A stretch of DNA of 64,000 nt from Bacteroidota bacterium (GTDB lineage: Bacteria; Bacteroidota; Bacteroidia; Bacteroidales; JAIOZK01), in NCBI GenBank assembly GCA_034521425.1, contig JAXHMP010000001.1:1737737-1801736 (forward strand). The letters run 5' to 3'. The notes beneath the pieces are model-generated. The model saw nothing but the letters and a program-made list of their open reading frames with translations, was not told the DNA's origin and did not search any database. A program made the translations under genes and the position numbers. Positions 46,612 through 56,291 of the stretch are shown piece by piece. Position 1 is the first letter of the stretch, and every line of letters begins with the position of its first letter.

Positions 46612-47605
46612 TTTTCACTACCTCCCCAAATCTTTTTGGTTTAAATCCCCTGTTGATCAAAGGGGCAAATGCATTCATAATTAAAATTGCAAATGATACA
46701 CCTTCAGGGTAGGCTCCCCATACCCTGATGATCACGGTGATGACCCCACATCCGAGCCCGAAGATCAGTTGCCCTTTGCTCGACATGGGTGTGGAAACCA
46801 TATCGGTTGCCATATAGAAAACGCCCAGCATCAAACCACCGGTAATGAGGTGGAAAAGCGGGTTCACATAGAGTTCGGGATTGATCATCCAGAGAATCCC
46901 TGTGAAAACAAATGCAGACAGCAGGTAAGAAACAGGAATCTCCCAGGTAATGATCCTGCGGTAGAACATGTAGATGCCTCCCAGGATCAGTGCTATGGCT
47001 GAAACCTCACCCAGCGAGCCCCCCATATCACCCACCATGGTTTGCATATAGGATGGCACCTGGTCCATAAGTTCGGGAACCTTTTTCCCCATCATCAATC
47101 CCTCCTTGATAAAACCAAGTGGTGTCGGTCCTGTAACCGCATCAGTTAAACCACCTTCCATGATCGGTTTGGGAATGGGCCAGCTGGTCATTTGCACCGG
47201 AAAGGATATCAGCAGAAATACACGTCCGACCAGGGCCGGGTTGAAAGGATTTTTTCCCAGCCCGCCGAAAGACATCTTGGCTATTCCGATGGAAACGAAT
47301 GCCCCGATCAGGATAATCCCGATGGGCAGGTTGGAAGGCACATTGAATGCCAGCAAAACCCCGGTGACAATTGCAGAGCCATCGTTGATGGTGACAGGCC
47401 CTTTGATGATATATTTCTGAATGACCCATTCAAAGAACATGCATGCGAGCACGGATAAGAGTATGACCCTCAAAGCGTCCAGTCCAAAGAAATACACAGA
47501 TACAAGCATTGCCGGAATCATGGCATAGATAACGCCATACATGATCTTTTTAACCGACAAATCCGCGTGAACATGCGGAGAACCCGAAATCGTTAATAAA
47601 CCCAT
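46604..47605 (-). CDS. rnfD: Rnf electron-transport complex subunit D
   Basis: ISGSPHVH forms the N-terminus. 333 aa, polytopic, with MATDMVSTPM. Confidence 0.9.
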   Translation of the reverse strand: MGLLTISGSPHVHADLSVKKIMYGVIYAMIPAMLVSVYFFGLDALRVILLSVLACMFFEWVIQKYIIKGPVTINDGSAIVTGVLLAFNVPSNLPIGIILIGAFVSIGIAKMSFGGLGKNPFNPALVGRVFLLISFPVQMTSWPIPKPIMEGGLTDAVTGPTPLGFIKEGLMMGKKVPELMDQVPSYMQTMVGDMGGSLGEVSAIALILGGIYMFYRRIITWEIPVSYLLSAFVFTGILWMINPELYVNPLFHLITGGLMLGVFYMATDMVSTPMSSKGQLIFGLGCGVITVIIRVWGAYPEGVSFAILIMNAFAPLINRGFKPKRFGEVVKNG

Positions 47606-47608
47606 ATC

Positions 47609-48940
47609 TTATTTTTTTCCTCTGTTTCTAATTAATTGACCAACTTTCTGTTTTCCCAGCCTGATATAGTCAAGCAAAGGCCTGCCTGAGGGGCATGTAT
47701 ACTGGCATGAACCACATTCGATACAATCCATCACCTTTTCCTTTTCCGCAGCCTCCCATCTTTCATTTTCGGATAACTGGGCCAGCAGAACAGGTTCGAG
47801 GCCCATGGGGCAGGCATGTATACATTTTGCACAGCGGATGCAAGTAAGTGTGGGCACCCTTCTGGCTTCTTTTTCTTCAAAAAGCAGGATCCCTGAAGTT
47901 CCTTTTACCACAGGAACATCGATGTTGTTGAGGGCCTTGCCCATCATCGGGCCACCGCTGACCACTTTCCCGGTATTTTCGGGCAGATCACCCAGGGTTT
48001 TGAGAAGGTCCGAGACCGGGGTACCAATTCGCACCAGGAAGTTTGCTTTTTCTTTGAGGTTTTTGCCTGTTACTGTAACGATCCTTTCAAAGAGGGGTTT
48101 GTTTTTCTGGACAGCTTCATATACCGCGAATGCCGTTCCCACATTGTTCACTACGCAACCCACTTCGATGGGCAGCTTGCCGGAGGGCACTTCCCTGCCC
48201 GTAAGGGCTTTGATGAGCTGTTTTTCCCCGCCCTGCGGATATTTGACTTTGAGTCCTTCAACTTCGATCCCTTCGTAAGAAGCGGCGAACTGCCTGAGTT
48301 TTTCGATGGCATCGGGTTTGTTATTTTCAATCCCAATATACGCCTTGTCCACTCCGAGCCCTTTCATCAGGATCTTTGTTCCGATCAGGATCTCTTCGGT
48401 CTTCTCCAGCATCAACCGGTGGTCTGACGTAAGGTAAGGTTCACATTCCACCCCATTGATGATCAGCACATCGGCTTTCTTGCCTTCCGGCACCATCAAC
48501 TTCACATGGGAGGGAAAAGTAGCGCCACCAAGGCCAACAATACCGGATTCCTTGATCTTGTTAATAATTTCATCTTTCCCCAGTGAAAAATCCTTTTTGA
48601 TGATATCGGTGCGGTCGATGTTTTCTTCCCACTCATCTCCTTCCACATTTATAATGATGGCCGGCCTTCTGTAGCCGGTTTGATCCGGTACATCATCAAT
48701 CTTTAAGACCTTTCCGGAAACCGAAGAATGCACACTGGCAGAAATAAAGGCTTCCCCCCTGGCGATCAATTGGCCTACCTTAACCTCATCGCCCTTGTTC
48801 ACAATGGGCTTGGCGGGAACGCCCAGGTTTTGTGCAAGCGGGATGGAAACCTGCTTTGGAAGCGCCAGCACCTGGATTGCACTTTCTGCTGAGAATTTAT
48901 TTTCGGGTGGATGAACACCGCCTAATTTAAATGTTTTCAA
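47609..48940 (-). CDS. rnfC: Rnf electron-transport complex subunit C
   Basis: It has two 4Fe-4S motifs (CIRCAKCIHACP, CIECGSCQYTCP) and the NADH-binding region GLGGATFPSHVK. The start is TTG, preceded by AAGGAGG. Confidence 0.9.
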   Translation of the reverse strand: MKTFKLGGVHPPENKFSAESAIQVLALPKQVSIPLAQNLGVPAKPIVNKGDEVKVGQLIARGEAFISASVHSSVSGKVLKIDDVPDQTGYRRPAIIINVEGDEWEENIDRTDIIKKDFSLGKDEIINKIKESGIVGLGGATFPSHVKLMVPEGKKADVLIINGVECEPYLTSDHRLMLEKTEEILIGTKILMKGLGVDKAYIGIENNKPDAIEKLRQFAASYEGIEVEGLKVKYPQGGEKQLIKALTGREVPSGKLPIEVGCVVNNVGTAFAVYEAVQKNKPLFERIVTVTGKNLKEKANFLVRIGTPVSDLLKTLGDLPENTGKVVSGGPMMGKALNNIDVPVVKGTSGILLFEEKEARRVPTLTCIRCAKCIHACPMGLEPVLLAQLSENERWEAAEKEKVMDCIECGSCQYTCPSGRPLLDYIRLGKQKVGQLIRNRGKK

Positions 48941-48974
48941 TCTTCCGATCCTCCTTAATTTTATTGAGAGAATT

Positions 48975-49958
48975 CTAGTTTAACTTATCTTTGTTATCCT
49001 TGCCGTCCGCATCCAGTTTGGCTTTGGCAATCTTGCCGGGATCCGCTTTTTCGGATGGTTGTTTTCTTTCTTCTTCCCTGGCCTCCTTATCCTTCATGGG
49101 TGGTTTCTTTTCGGATTTCTCTTTGCGGGGCGGGAAATTTAGTTCATGGATGGCATTGGTCGGACATTCGGGAACACATTTCCTGCATAGCTTGCACTTT
49201 TCATAATCAATATATGCCAGGTTGTTGTTCATGGTAATGGCATCAAAGGGGCATACCTTGAAGCACTTCTGGCAGCCAATACAGGCCACGCTACAGTTTT
49301 TCTTGGCCACACCGCCTTTTTCCTCGTTAATACAACTTACGAAAATGCGACGGCTCTTCTTACCGACATTGCGCAATTCGATAATATCCCTCGGACATGC
49401 TTTCACACAGGCACCACAGGCGACGCAATTTTCTTCAATCACCACCGGGAGACCTGTTTTCTCATCCATATACATGGCATCGAAATCGCAGGAATCAACG
49501 CAGTCACCAAGCCCGAGACAACCATAAGGGCAACCACTTTCACCACTGGAAAGGTTATGGGCAAAAGCACAGGTGGCCGGCCCGTCGTATTGTACTTTTT
49601 TGGGAGCATTCTCAAAGGAGCCGCTGCACCGGATCACCGCCACCTGGGGTTCTTTCTCCTCAACTTCCATATTGAGCGCCTCAGCGATCAGGCCCATGAC
49701 CTCGTTTCCTCCTACCGGACAATTAAAACCTTCCAGGTTCCCTTCCTTTTTGGCTTTGGTGACCACTGCCTCGGCAAAATTACGGCAGCCTGCAAAACCA
49801 CAACCACCGCAATTGGCAGCAGGCAAGCGGCCTTCAACCACGTCAATGTCGGGGTCTTCGACTACTTTGAATTTCTGAGCTACGAAATACAAAATAACGG
49901 CTGCAGCAATTCCGATCGCACTCAATGAAATAACTGCATAAATAATTACGTCGTTCAC
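48975..49958 (-). CDS. rnfB: Rnf electron-transport complex subunit B (polyferredoxin) with Lys/Glu-rich tail
   Basis: An N-terminal TM helix is followed by CGGCGFAGC and several CxxCxxCxxxCP motifs. The start is GTG, preceded by AAGGAG. Confidence 0.9.
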   Translation of the reverse strand: MNDVIIYAVISLSAIGIAAAVILYFVAQKFKVVEDPDIDVVEGRLPAANCGGCGFAGCRNFAEAVVTKAKKEGNLEGFNCPVGGNEVMGLIAEALNMEVEEKEPQVAVIRCSGSFENAPKKVQYDGPATCAFAHNLSSGESGCPYGCLGLGDCVDSCDFDAMYMDEKTGLPVVIEENCVACGACVKACPRDIIELRNVGKKSRRIFVSCINEEKGGVAKKNCSVACIGCQKCFKVCPFDAITMNNNLAYIDYEKCKLCRKCVPECPTNAIHELNFPPRKEKSEKKPPMKDKEAREEERKQPSEKADPGKIAKAKLDADGKDNKDKLN

Positions 49959-50039
49959 TTTGCTCTCCTTTTATGATTAAAAAATTGCATGTCTTATCGT
50001 TGAAAATCAACCAGTAAAGGGCTGTTAGGATTTTCACAG

Positions 50040-50047
50040 CAAAATTA
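50040..50047 (-). promoter_or_regulatory. candidate -7 box (TAATTTTG) for rnfBCDGEA
   Basis: The reverse complement of caaaatta matches TAnnTTTG, ~82 nt upstream of the rnfB GTG. Confidence 0.35.
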
Positions 50048-50265
50048 AAAACAAATACGAAAAGGAGTAAGCGACCCGGGTATTAATCATTCCCGGTTAT
50101 TTAGCTGGTTATCAATTTTTTAGAAGGGTTTAAAATCAGGGGGCCGGATGCTTTGATATATACAATATTGATTTACAGTAATTTATTTCGATTATTTAAA
50201 ATCTATATAAATTGCCCTCAAATCCGCTATTTAGAAAGCATTTATAGAAACTGCCAGCAAGCGTT

Positions 50266-52655
50266 CTATTGGTACAGCACTTTTTTCACAATCTGCTTTT
50301 TTTCGCTGATTACCTTGAAAAAATACAATCCTTTGGGATAGTCTTCAATACTAAGTTCGCCATGAACTGTATTGACGGCTGTGAAAATGTATTTATTGAA
50401 GATGACATCTCCCAGCTTGTTGTAGATTTGTATGTGCAATTGCGTGCCCGCTTCAGACTGAATACTGTATTTGAACAATCCCTTGCTCGGGTTGGGGATG
50501 ATCCTGGCTGAAAGAGGCAGTTCGGCATCTTTGTCAATACCGGTGCAATTATCCACCGTAACGGTGATCTTATCCATATCTTCCTCATCACAGGGTGATT
50601 GAGAAAAAGCTGTCAGGGTGAGTTGAACAAAGCCGTTCTGCACATCCTGGAAACCGGGGGTGTATGTGGAATTCAGTGCGGTATCGTTCTCAAATACACC
50701 GTCTCCCGAAGTGGTCCAAAGCACGGCAGAATCATGCACAGCCAGCCCGTTGAGCAATAAGACCTCATTATCACAAATGGTGGTATCATTGCCGGCAAAT
50801 GCCTCAGGGAACATCTGGAAATACAGGGTCATAGTATCCCTGGCAACTTCTCCCGGGATATAGCTGTTGGCTGTTAAAACAAGCTGCACCTGTCCGCTGT
50901 CGAGATCATCAACACCCCGCCAGTAATTGGCTGTAAGGCTGTTTGGATTTCCAAACACCCCGTCACCAAGGGTTTCCCAGTAAACAGAATTATAGTTCTG
51001 CCCGCTGCCGGAAGTCAAATAGATATCATTCTGGCAACTTGTATCATCACTGCCTGCATTTGCCGATGCTGTTCCGGCAGGTTCCAGGTCAAAGGATGAA
51101 ATCCTGGTATCCCATCCACCTGACAGGTATTCCTGCGTAAACCAGAAAATTTCGCCGTTTGCGGGATCCACCGACATCATGGAATAATCACCCCAACGGC
51201 TGATGGAGGATTGTGCACCATAACCGGAGACCAGTTCCACCTCTGCAATGTTCATGATACCGGAGTCAGCGTCCGGGGTCTGTGCTGTGTATCTTACGGA
51301 AGGTGATATTTCATCACTGGAAACCGAGTAGCCCAGTGCGATCTCACCATTTTCATTCATGGCAATGCTGCCCATCCAGCGATTAAGTTCATCGGGGGCA
51401 TAGGTCGATTGCTGGTAGATGAACCATCCATTGCCATCATTGTTGTTGCGCAATTCATACCACCTGATCCCGGCCTGTCCGTTGCCTATATCCACCGTAT
51501 GGTTGGTCATCATTACCTGGTAAGTGCCAAAATCGCGGTATTGCAGGCGGTACATCATCCTGTCGGACAAGGATTCAAGTTTGGTATCGGTATTGGGTTG
51601 TTCCACGCATCTTCCTCTGGGGGCAGTACACAATTCGGAATCGAAGGGAGCAGCCGGCAGGGTGTAGGCTTCTGTAAAAGTACTGTTTGCCGGATTGTTC
51701 CAGTCCACATCAAATTCATAGATCTTAAGCTGATCCTGGGGATATCCCCATTGATCATCATTGAAATAAATAAAATAATTCGGTTCGGAGGGATCCGGTT
51801 CCTCCCCGTCGAAATCCGCCGGCAGGAGGCTGAAAGGATCGCTTCCCGGGGAAGATCGAACAATACCATCCTGGCAGTAGAGTCCCCCACGAGCATCTTG
51901 TCACGCTCATAAGCCGAAACGGCGGCCCGTACATAATCATTGCCAAACATATTAAAAGAAGCATAATAGGCATCATGCCAGATCCCGAACTTGGGATAGT
52001 CGTTAAAAGCCGGGTATTGAAATGCATACTGGTACCATGAACCCAGCGGGTCGCTGGTTTCTGAAATCGCCACCAGTTCCCAATAGGTGCCATCGCCGGT
52101 ATTGATGGCAAACTGGCTGGCCATCCAGCGGTCGGCTTCCTCATCGTAAAGCACAATGGGATCTCCATCGTTGGTGCCGGTCCAGGGACCGATAAAGCCA
52201 CTCCAGAGGGTTGAATTGGCTACCGGCCCGTACAGCAGGTTTCCTTCTTTGTCCCAGATGGCAAAGGAAAGATTGATCATCTGGAAATAATGATCAAGGC
52301 TGACATCCCCGTCTGTATCCGGGGGATAAACCCCGTCGACATTATCGATGCCGTCAAAATTCAGGATCGCTGCACGGCTTTGCCTCATTCCTCCCTGGAA
52401 ATCCTGAAGCACAGGGTCCATACCGATTGGTAAGGCATCCTCCTTCTTTTCTCTTTCCAGTTTGATATTCACCTCGTTCCTGATAATATTGTCTTTCCAT
52501 GACCGGTCGCGCGGACCGGAAGGGATAACTTCCATATCACGCAGGGGCATGGTTTTCCGGAAATGTTTTGCTTTTTGGACCAGGGGCACATTTTGAGCCA
52601 CAAGGCCTGAAAGGCTTATCAGGCCAGCCAGTAATAAAAGTGTAAGTTGTTTCAT
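50266..52655 (-). pseudogene. T9SS-secreted protein of unknown function, paralog 1, split by a 1-nt frame disruption at 51845-51851
   Basis: The N-terminal ORF 51555..52655 has signal peptide MKQLTLLLLAGLISLSGLVAQ. The C-terminal ORF 50266..51708 ends in a T9SS type-A sorting domain (..IIPNPSKGLFKYSI...GLYFFKVISEKKQIVKKVLYQ). The C-terminal frame extends upstream as GSDPFSLLPADFDGEEPDPSEPNYFIYFNDDQWGYPQDQLKIYEFDVDWNN. The frames join at the minus-strand run CCCCGGG. Confidence 0.8.
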
Positions 52656-52689
52656 TATTCAATCCCGCTTCTGATAATACTAAAGCTTA

Positions 52690-52697
52690 CAAAGTTA
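52690..52697 (-). promoter_or_regulatory. candidate -7 box (TAACTTTG) for T9SS paralog 1
   Basis: The reverse complement of caaagtta matches TAnnTTTG, 35 nt upstream of the ATG at 52655. Confidence 0.4.
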
Positions 52698-52704
52698 CAA
52701 CAAA

Positions 52705-55047
52705 TTACCTGAGAATTAGTTTTTTGTTGATCCGGGTGTTTTCCTGTTCCAGCCGGAAAATATAGGTTCCCTCCGGAAAATGGCTAACATCCACTTCTCT
52801 GTTGCGGATATCCTCTGTGAAATTAAACATCACCCGGAACAAAACCTGGCCATTCAGGTTAAGAATACTCATGATGGTTTTCCCTTGTTCCAGTCCTGAG
52901 ATGTTGTATGAAAAATGATCGCTGGCAGGGTTGGGTTTAATTTCAAGCTTTACGGTTTGGGCACCCGGCCTGTCTATGCCTGTGCATTCGTCGATGGTGA
53001 GGGTAAGTTCATCCGTGTCTCCCTCTTCACAGGGTGCAATGGGATGAGCATTCAGGGTAATTTCAACGCTCCCTTCCTGAATATCATTCGGGCCAGGATA
53101 ATAAATGCTTGATGTGAGGGTATCATTTTCAAAACTACCGTCCCTGTTGGTTTCCCACAACACACCGGAAGCGTTGATCACGCTTGCCGCAAGTGGCAGG
53201 AAATCATCGGTGCAGATCAAAGTATCGTTGCCGGCATCAGCATCGGGTTTTTCGTTGATGTAAAGCATCAGGCTGTCGGCTATTTCCTGTCCCGAGCCAT
53301 AACCAACTGCCGTAATTTTTAGTTGCACTTCTCCATTGGAAAGATCCGATGGGCCATGTGCATAAGTGGTATTAAGAGATGTAGGATTGTTGAAAATCCC
53401 GTCACCTGCAGTCTCCCACAATACACTTTGTTGATAGGTTGCCGACGCAGATGCATTGTAATAGGTGTATTCACAAATCGTGTCCATATCTACGAGTACG
53501 ATGACCGGATCGAGTGGCGGGCTGAAATCGAATGAACTGATCCAGGTAGCCCAGTTGTTGCTTTTCCGGTATTCGGTAGTAAACCAGAAAGTGGAATCAT
53601 CAGCAGGATCCACCGACATACAACTGTAATCGCCCCAACGGCTAATGCCCGACTGCGAGCTTTGCCCGGCTTTAAGCTCCAGTTCATCATAGTTCATTTC
53701 TCCGAGTGGTGCATCGGATGATCTCCCGGTATACCGGATTGAAGGATAAATATCATCGCTGGAGACCGAAAAACCCAGGGCAATCTCGCCATTGCCGTTC
53801 ATGGCGATACTGCCCATCCAGCGGTTGTCAGGATCCGGAGAATAAGTCCCCTGCTGGTAAATATACCAGTCACCGGTTTCCTTTCTCAATTCATACCAGC
53901 GGATCGCGGCCCTCCCATAATATTGCACTGTGTGGTTGGTGACCATGGTCTCATAGCTTCCAAAATTCCGGTATTGCAGGCGGTACATCAACATCCCGGC
54001 CAGGTCGTCCAGCTTGGTGGAAGTATTGGGCTGTTCAATACCATTCACGCCGGTACTGTAATTATCCGGTGTTTCGGACTGTGTTTGGTTGAGGGTGGAA
54101 TTGGCCGTATTGTTCCAGTCTACGCTCAGTTCATAAAAATCCATTTTATGTGAGTCGTCCATATCGATAAAATAGCAGGGCGCGCCAGCCGGAGGCGGGT
54201 TACCGTCAAAGTCGGAAGGAAGCACCCCGTAAACGCTGGGATATTCGCCGAAATAAACCATGCGTGCTGTGGAGTCTCCCACCAGCATCTTATCCCTCTC
54301 AAAAACCGCAAAAGCTGCTCCCCGGTAGGTGCCTGAAAACATATGATAAGAAGAATAATATCCATCGGGCCAAACGCTCAGTTTGGGATAATCGTTCATA
54401 TAATCGAACTCAAAGGCATAGCGGTAATAGGAGCCTGTAGGATCCGGTGTTTCCGAAATGGCAACCAGTTCATAGGATTTTCCATTGCTGAGGTTCACGG
54501 CAAATTGTGTTGCCATCCAGCGGTCGGCCAGTTCATCATAAACCACGACCGGGTCTCCATCGTTGGTGCCGGTCCAGGGACCGATAAAGCCGTTCCAGAG
54601 CGTACTGTTATCAACCGGGCCATACAAAAGCTCACCTTCTTTGCTATAGATGGCAAAGGAAAGGTTGATCATCTGGAAATAATGATCCGGGCCCACATCG
54701 CCGTCGGTATCCGGTGGCCAAACACCGTTCACATTGCCGACCCCGTCAAAATTCCGGATCGGGCCCCTGATCTCCCGGGTACCGAAATAATCCTGTGTTT
54801 CGGGAGGATTGATTTCCGGTCCGCTGTTGTTTGCTTTATCCAGCTCTTTCAGGGATTCATTGGCAATAATATTATCTTTCCAGCTGCGGTCACGCTCTCC
54901 GGGTAAAACAACCTTCATATCCCGCAAGGGTGGTGTTTTATCGAAAAATGCGGCTTTAACAACTTTTTTGGGTTTCTCATTCCGGAGCTGGCCGAAAGCC
55001 ATGCTCACCAACAATAAGAGTGTTAAAAGGGGTAGTATTTTCTTCAT
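52705..55047 (-). CDS. T9SS-secreted protein of unknown function, paralog 2 (intact, 780 aa)
   Basis: The signal peptide is MKKILPLLTLLLLVSMAFGQ. The conserved N-terminal domain reads GVWPPDTDGDVGPDHYFQMINLSFAIYSKEG..GPWTGTNDGDPVVVYDELADRWMATQF. Two cysteine-framed modules follow, then a T9SS type-A C-terminal domain (IKPNPASDHFSYNI...GTYIFRLEQENTRINKKLILR). Confidence 0.85.
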   Translation of the reverse strand: MKKILPLLTLLLLVSMAFGQLRNEKPKKVVKAAFFDKTPPLRDMKVVLPGERDRSWKDNIIANESLKELDKANNSGPEINPPETQDYFGTREIRGPIRNFDGVGNVNGVWPPDTDGDVGPDHYFQMINLSFAIYSKEGELLYGPVDNSTLWNGFIGPWTGTNDGDPVVVYDELADRWMATQFAVNLSNGKSYELVAISETPDPTGSYYRYAFEFDYMNDYPKLSVWPDGYYSSYHMFSGTYRGAAFAVFERDKMLVGDSTARMVYFGEYPSVYGVLPSDFDGNPPPAGAPCYFIDMDDSHKMDFYELSVDWNNTANSTLNQTQSETPDNYSTGVNGIEQPNTSTKLDDLAGMLMYRLQYRNFGSYETMVTNHTVQYYGRAAIRWYELRKETGDWYIYQQGTYSPDPDNRWMGSIAMNGNGEIALGFSVSSDDIYPSIRYTGRSSDAPLGEMNYDELELKAGQSSQSGISRWGDYSCMSVDPADDSTFWFTTEYRKSNNWATWISSFDFSPPLDPVIVLVDMDTICEYTYYNASASATYQQSVLWETAGDGIFNNPTSLNTTYAHGPSDLSNGEVQLKITAVGYGSGQEIADSLMLYINEKPDADAGNDTLICTDDFLPLAASVINASGVLWETNRDGSFENDTLTSSIYYPGPNDIQEGSVEITLNAHPIAPCEEGDTDELTLTIDECTGIDRPGAQTVKLEIKPNPASDHFSYNISGLEQGKTIMSILNLNGQVLFRVMFNFTEDIRNREVDVSHFPEGTYIFRLEQENTRINKKLILR

Positions 55048-55071
55048 TTCGCTATTTAATTAATTAATTTT

Positions 55072-55079
55072 CAAAAGTA
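55072..55079 (-). promoter_or_regulatory. candidate -7 box (TACTTTTG) for T9SS paralog 2
   Basis: The reverse complement of caaaagta matches TAnnTTTG, 25 nt upstream of the ATG at 55047. Confidence 0.4.
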
Positions 55080-55172
55080 TTCACAAAAACAACATAGAAA
55101 TGTTAATCTGATGTTAAGATCGGTTTCAGGCCGCATAATTCATCAGCCCAAAAGGAGAACTCTGAATCATTC

Positions 55173-55589
55173 TTACCGGATGCTGAACACAAAAGTTTTC
55201 TGCAATTTATCGCGCATATAATACATAATAACATAATAAGGCACGAGCAATCCGAGTGATATCAGCGCAGACAATCCTTCTTTGCCGGTAGCATATACCA
55301 GAACAAAAAGCGCGACCAGAACGACCAGGAAGGGGAGCACATAACCCAGAAATACGGCCCTGGGCGCCAGGCCTCTTTTCATGATCAGGTCAACTGTTTC
55401 GCCTTCCTTAAAATCCCTTCCTGCTTCAGGGCTCACCTCCACGATCTTTTCTTCAACATCAGAAACGGTACAATGTCCCCTGGCATGGCATGAAGCGCAG
55501 GCCGACTGTGAAAGTATCCTGACCTCTACTTTATTTTCTTTCACCCGGATGATCTGTCCCGGGTGAGTAATGACATCATCTGAACTCAT
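55173..55589 (-). CDS. rseC: SoxR-reducing system protein RseC family
   Basis: It has the GQIIRVKENKVEVRILSQSACASCHARGHC motif plus two C-terminal TM helices. 138 aa. Confidence 0.8.
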   Translation of the reverse strand: MSSDDVITHPGQIIRVKENKVEVRILSQSACASCHARGHCTVSDVEEKIVEVSPEAGRDFKEGETVDLIMKRGLAPRAVFLGYVLPFLVVLVALFVLVYATGKEGLSALISLGLLVPYYVIMYYMRDKLQKTFVFSIR

Positions 55590-55595
55590 ACGATC

Positions 55596-56291
55596 TTATG
55601 GTGTTGAAACTGAAACAGGAACGACCTTTCCGTTAAAATATTTGCTGCCGTTAACAGAAAAATCGGCAATAAATGCCGCCATCCCGGCTGCAGTAAGGGG
55701 AGCCTTGTATCCCGGAAAAGCCTCTGCCAGCATTTCCGTTTGTGCAGCTCCCAGCGCCAGACAGTTCACCTTGATCCCATCCTCTTTGAATTCCTCTGCC
55801 AGGCATTCACTCAGGATGGCCAGGGCGCCTTTGCTGGCGCTGTATATTGATAAACCCGGGAACTTGGCGCTGCCCTGGAAACCGCCCATGCTGCCAATAT
55901 TCACAATATGAGAGCCAGCCGGCATCATGCTTTTCATAGCACGGATCAGGTAAAAGGGGGCCCTGAGGTTGGCATCCAGCATGAGGTTGAAATCATCCTC
56001 GCTGAGCTCATTAAAAGGTTTACTAACCAGCGCACCTGCATTGTTTACAAGTACATCCAGGCTTTTAAAGCGGAGCCTGATTTGCTGAACAAGCTCATCA
56101 ACCGCAAAAGATTTTGCCAGATCGGCTGTAAAGGAATGAATTGCACCCTTCAGGTCAGAGGATTCACGTTCCAGTAGTTGCATCTTTTCTTTTGTCCTGG
56201 CAACTGCCAGTACACAATGACCCTGGGCAGCCAGTAATTTTGCCAGTTCATAACCCACTCCCCTGCTGGCTCCTGTAATCAAAATATTCAT
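55596..56291 (-). CDS. short-chain dehydrogenase/reductase (SDR)
   Basis: TGASRGVGY is the cofactor motif and YSASK the catalytic motif. 231 aa. Confidence 0.85.
   Translation of the reverse strand: MNILITGASRGVGYELAKLLAAQGHCVLAVARTKEKMQLLERESSDLKGAIHSFTADLAKSFAVDELVQQIRLRFKSLDVLVNNAGALVSKPFNELSEDDFNLMLDANLRAPFYLIRAMKSMMPAGSHIVNIGSMGGFQGSAKFPGLSIYSASKGALAILSECLAEEFKEDGIKVNCLALGAAQTEMLAEAFPGYKAPLTAAGMAAFIADFSVNGSKYFNGKVVPVSVSTP

Noticed and set aside
50153-50341. 62-aa plus-strand ORF in the spacer between rnfB and T9SS paralog 1
   Set aside because: It is A+T-rich, overlaps the 3' end of the T9SS gene on the opposite strand, and has no motifs. It is probably non-coding promoter/terminator space.
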